From contig OZ116702.1 of the NCBI GenBank assembly GCA_964199315.1, positions 32,674,001 to 32,738,000 of the forward strand: a stretch of DNA of 64,000 bases, given 5' to 3'. This stretch comes from Orbicella franksi. Taxonomy: Eukaryota. Positions 62,451 through 64,000 of this stretch are shown piece by piece. How positions within the stretch are numbered: the stretch's first letter is position 1; each line of letters begins with the position of its first letter. The notes beneath the pieces are model-generated. The model did no database searches. It was given only the letters and a program-made list of their open reading frames with translations, and was not told the DNA's origin. The position numbers and the translations under genes were made by a program.

Positions 62451-63368
62451 TCCGTTCACCAATGTTATGAAAGCTTTAGGGTATAGTACTTTCATGTGAC
62501 CACTTAGCGAGTCCAAATTTCAAAAAGAATCTGTCCGGTTGGTAAAAAAAAGCAGTCATATTTTCATCGGCTTCTAATTAATCAAGTGGGGTCACAGCAG
62601 TTAGCAGTCTATCGTACACTGTTTTCATTATAAAGAAAACATTTCTGTCAGTGACATAAACCAAGCCAGTTTCCATAGACATACCGAGTGCATTTTTGAA
62701 GGTATTTAAACGAGCAAAATCTATCGATCCGTTTATAGAATAAAATTCGTTTGTCCGTATTCCTCCACGAACCCGTTTATAAAAGTATAAAAAAAAACCG
62801 AGGGAACCAACCCGGGGAACTTAAATTGCGCTGGTGTTTTTCACTCCTGAATTATGGTATACTTCGCCTGAGCATGTTTACGAACTTCCCAAAATGTATA
62901 CAGCACAGTTTGTGGTGGATTGTAATGTCCAATTTTCCAACATTTTTAAAGTATTCATTCTTCCAGGATTTCATCAGTTGTTTCTTTTTTTCAAATACTT
63001 CAATGTATCCATGGTGTTTGTCACAGATGAGACCAAGATGACACAACGGCGCCTAATTTATCAGTCCTGCAATCAAAACAGAATCTCAGCGATCCACGTT
63101 ATACACAGCAGTCTGATGGGATAGGCCAGTGCGAAATAGCACTGTTAAGCACTCTAGCAAGAAGCTATAGCGGCGTGCTAATGTCGAGCCGTGTTTTACA
63201 TTTGATTGTTATCATAGAACGCTTTCCAGGTAAATTAGATTACAGGAGTTCACAGAAATGTCCTTGGATTTATTGCAGCTCGGAGTGATTCTTCAACACC
63301 AAATATGATACTCATAAAATTTGACCCTTTGAAAACATGATATAAAGTGGTTGTGATATGACATTTAC

Positions 63369-63681
63369 CAGGGAAATGAGGCCTATCGATTGATTCAAAA
63401 GGGCGTGGCCTGATGGCGCGATCGCGCTTAAACATACGACAGGTGTCTGTAGAACGCGCTTTTGAGCGTGAAAGAAACGTTTCATAGCCCGCCTTTGGAG
63501 CGGGAAATTGTTCAAAGGACTGTGTAAGGTGGCTAACATTACTCAAGGAGCACATTTCTGCTTGTTTTTGTAACGCGTGTCCGAATTCATCACACTCGTC
63601 AAATCCGTTTATCGAGGCCGCATTTGGAATGTCCCGTAAAATAATAATAAAGACTTTAATATCCTCAAGCAGACGTTGATG
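63369..63681 (-). CDS. Possible internal coding exon of an unidentified gene
   Basis: Good acceptor (cccttatctttag) and donor (CCTG|gtaaat) flank 104 open codons (HQRLLEDIKVFIIILRDIP...DRPHFP). No recognised domain, and no partner exons were confirmed. Confidence 0.3.
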
Positions 63682-64000
63682 CTAAAGATAAGGGCAATCT
63701 TCTGCCAATCTCCCATTGGCATTATCTTTAATATGGGAGGTCTGTAAGTAGAGTACCTGTGTCGCGCTTATGCGGTGTCACAACTCCATGTCAGCGTTGA
63801 CTTACAAGAGCTCTTATCCAACACAGCATGTTTAACTCGCCTCATTTAGTTTACTGTAACTGTGCCTCGGCGCCGTTGCTTTACTGCCCGAGTGTTCACT
63901 CCATGTGGAACTGCTCCATTCCAAACCCACCGTCCGTATACAGAGCGTCTTTAGATGCAGTGGCCACACACAGTGGCGCGAGCGTGCAAGAGGAAAACAC

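Noticed and set aside
63740-64000. Structured ncRNA (snoRNA, RNase P/MRP or telomerase RNA)
   Set aside because: No box C/D or H/ACA arrangement, conserved pseudoknot or telomere template was recognisable. An Infernal/Rfam search would be needed.

Overview
Eukaryotic genomic DNA: AT-rich, with GT-AG spliced genes and abundant MITEs, SINEs and LINE tails. The repeat families and gene set suggest an anthozoan cnidarian, probably a stony coral (inference). There is no rRNA, true tRNA or CRISPR array. Genes reconstructed by hand from splice sites and reading-frame phase, left to right: (1) an intronless orphan class-A GPCR (+); (2) CATIP (-, 12 exons); (3) DUS3L (-, 15 exons); (4) an intronless BTB-BACK-PHR protein (-); (5) a 3-exon secreted cystine-knot prepro-ligand of the IL-17/Spaetzle/Trunk-PTTH type (+); (6) a NIK/MAP3K14-like kinase (-) carrying a CBP/p300-type TAZ zinc finger and a 108-aa internal duplication; (7) a METTL24-like type II membrane methyltransferase (-); (8) a compact ABRA/STARS-like Costars protein (-); (9) a decayed BTB-BACK-Kelch pseudogene (-). 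The best discovery candidate is the region at about 30.7-48.6 kb. There a cystine-knot cytokine-like gene lies tail-to-tail with the TAZ-containing NIK homologue, whose 5' region has two consensus kappaB sites; this may be a cnidarian NF-kB signalling locus. Gene identities come from recalled family motifs, not database searches.
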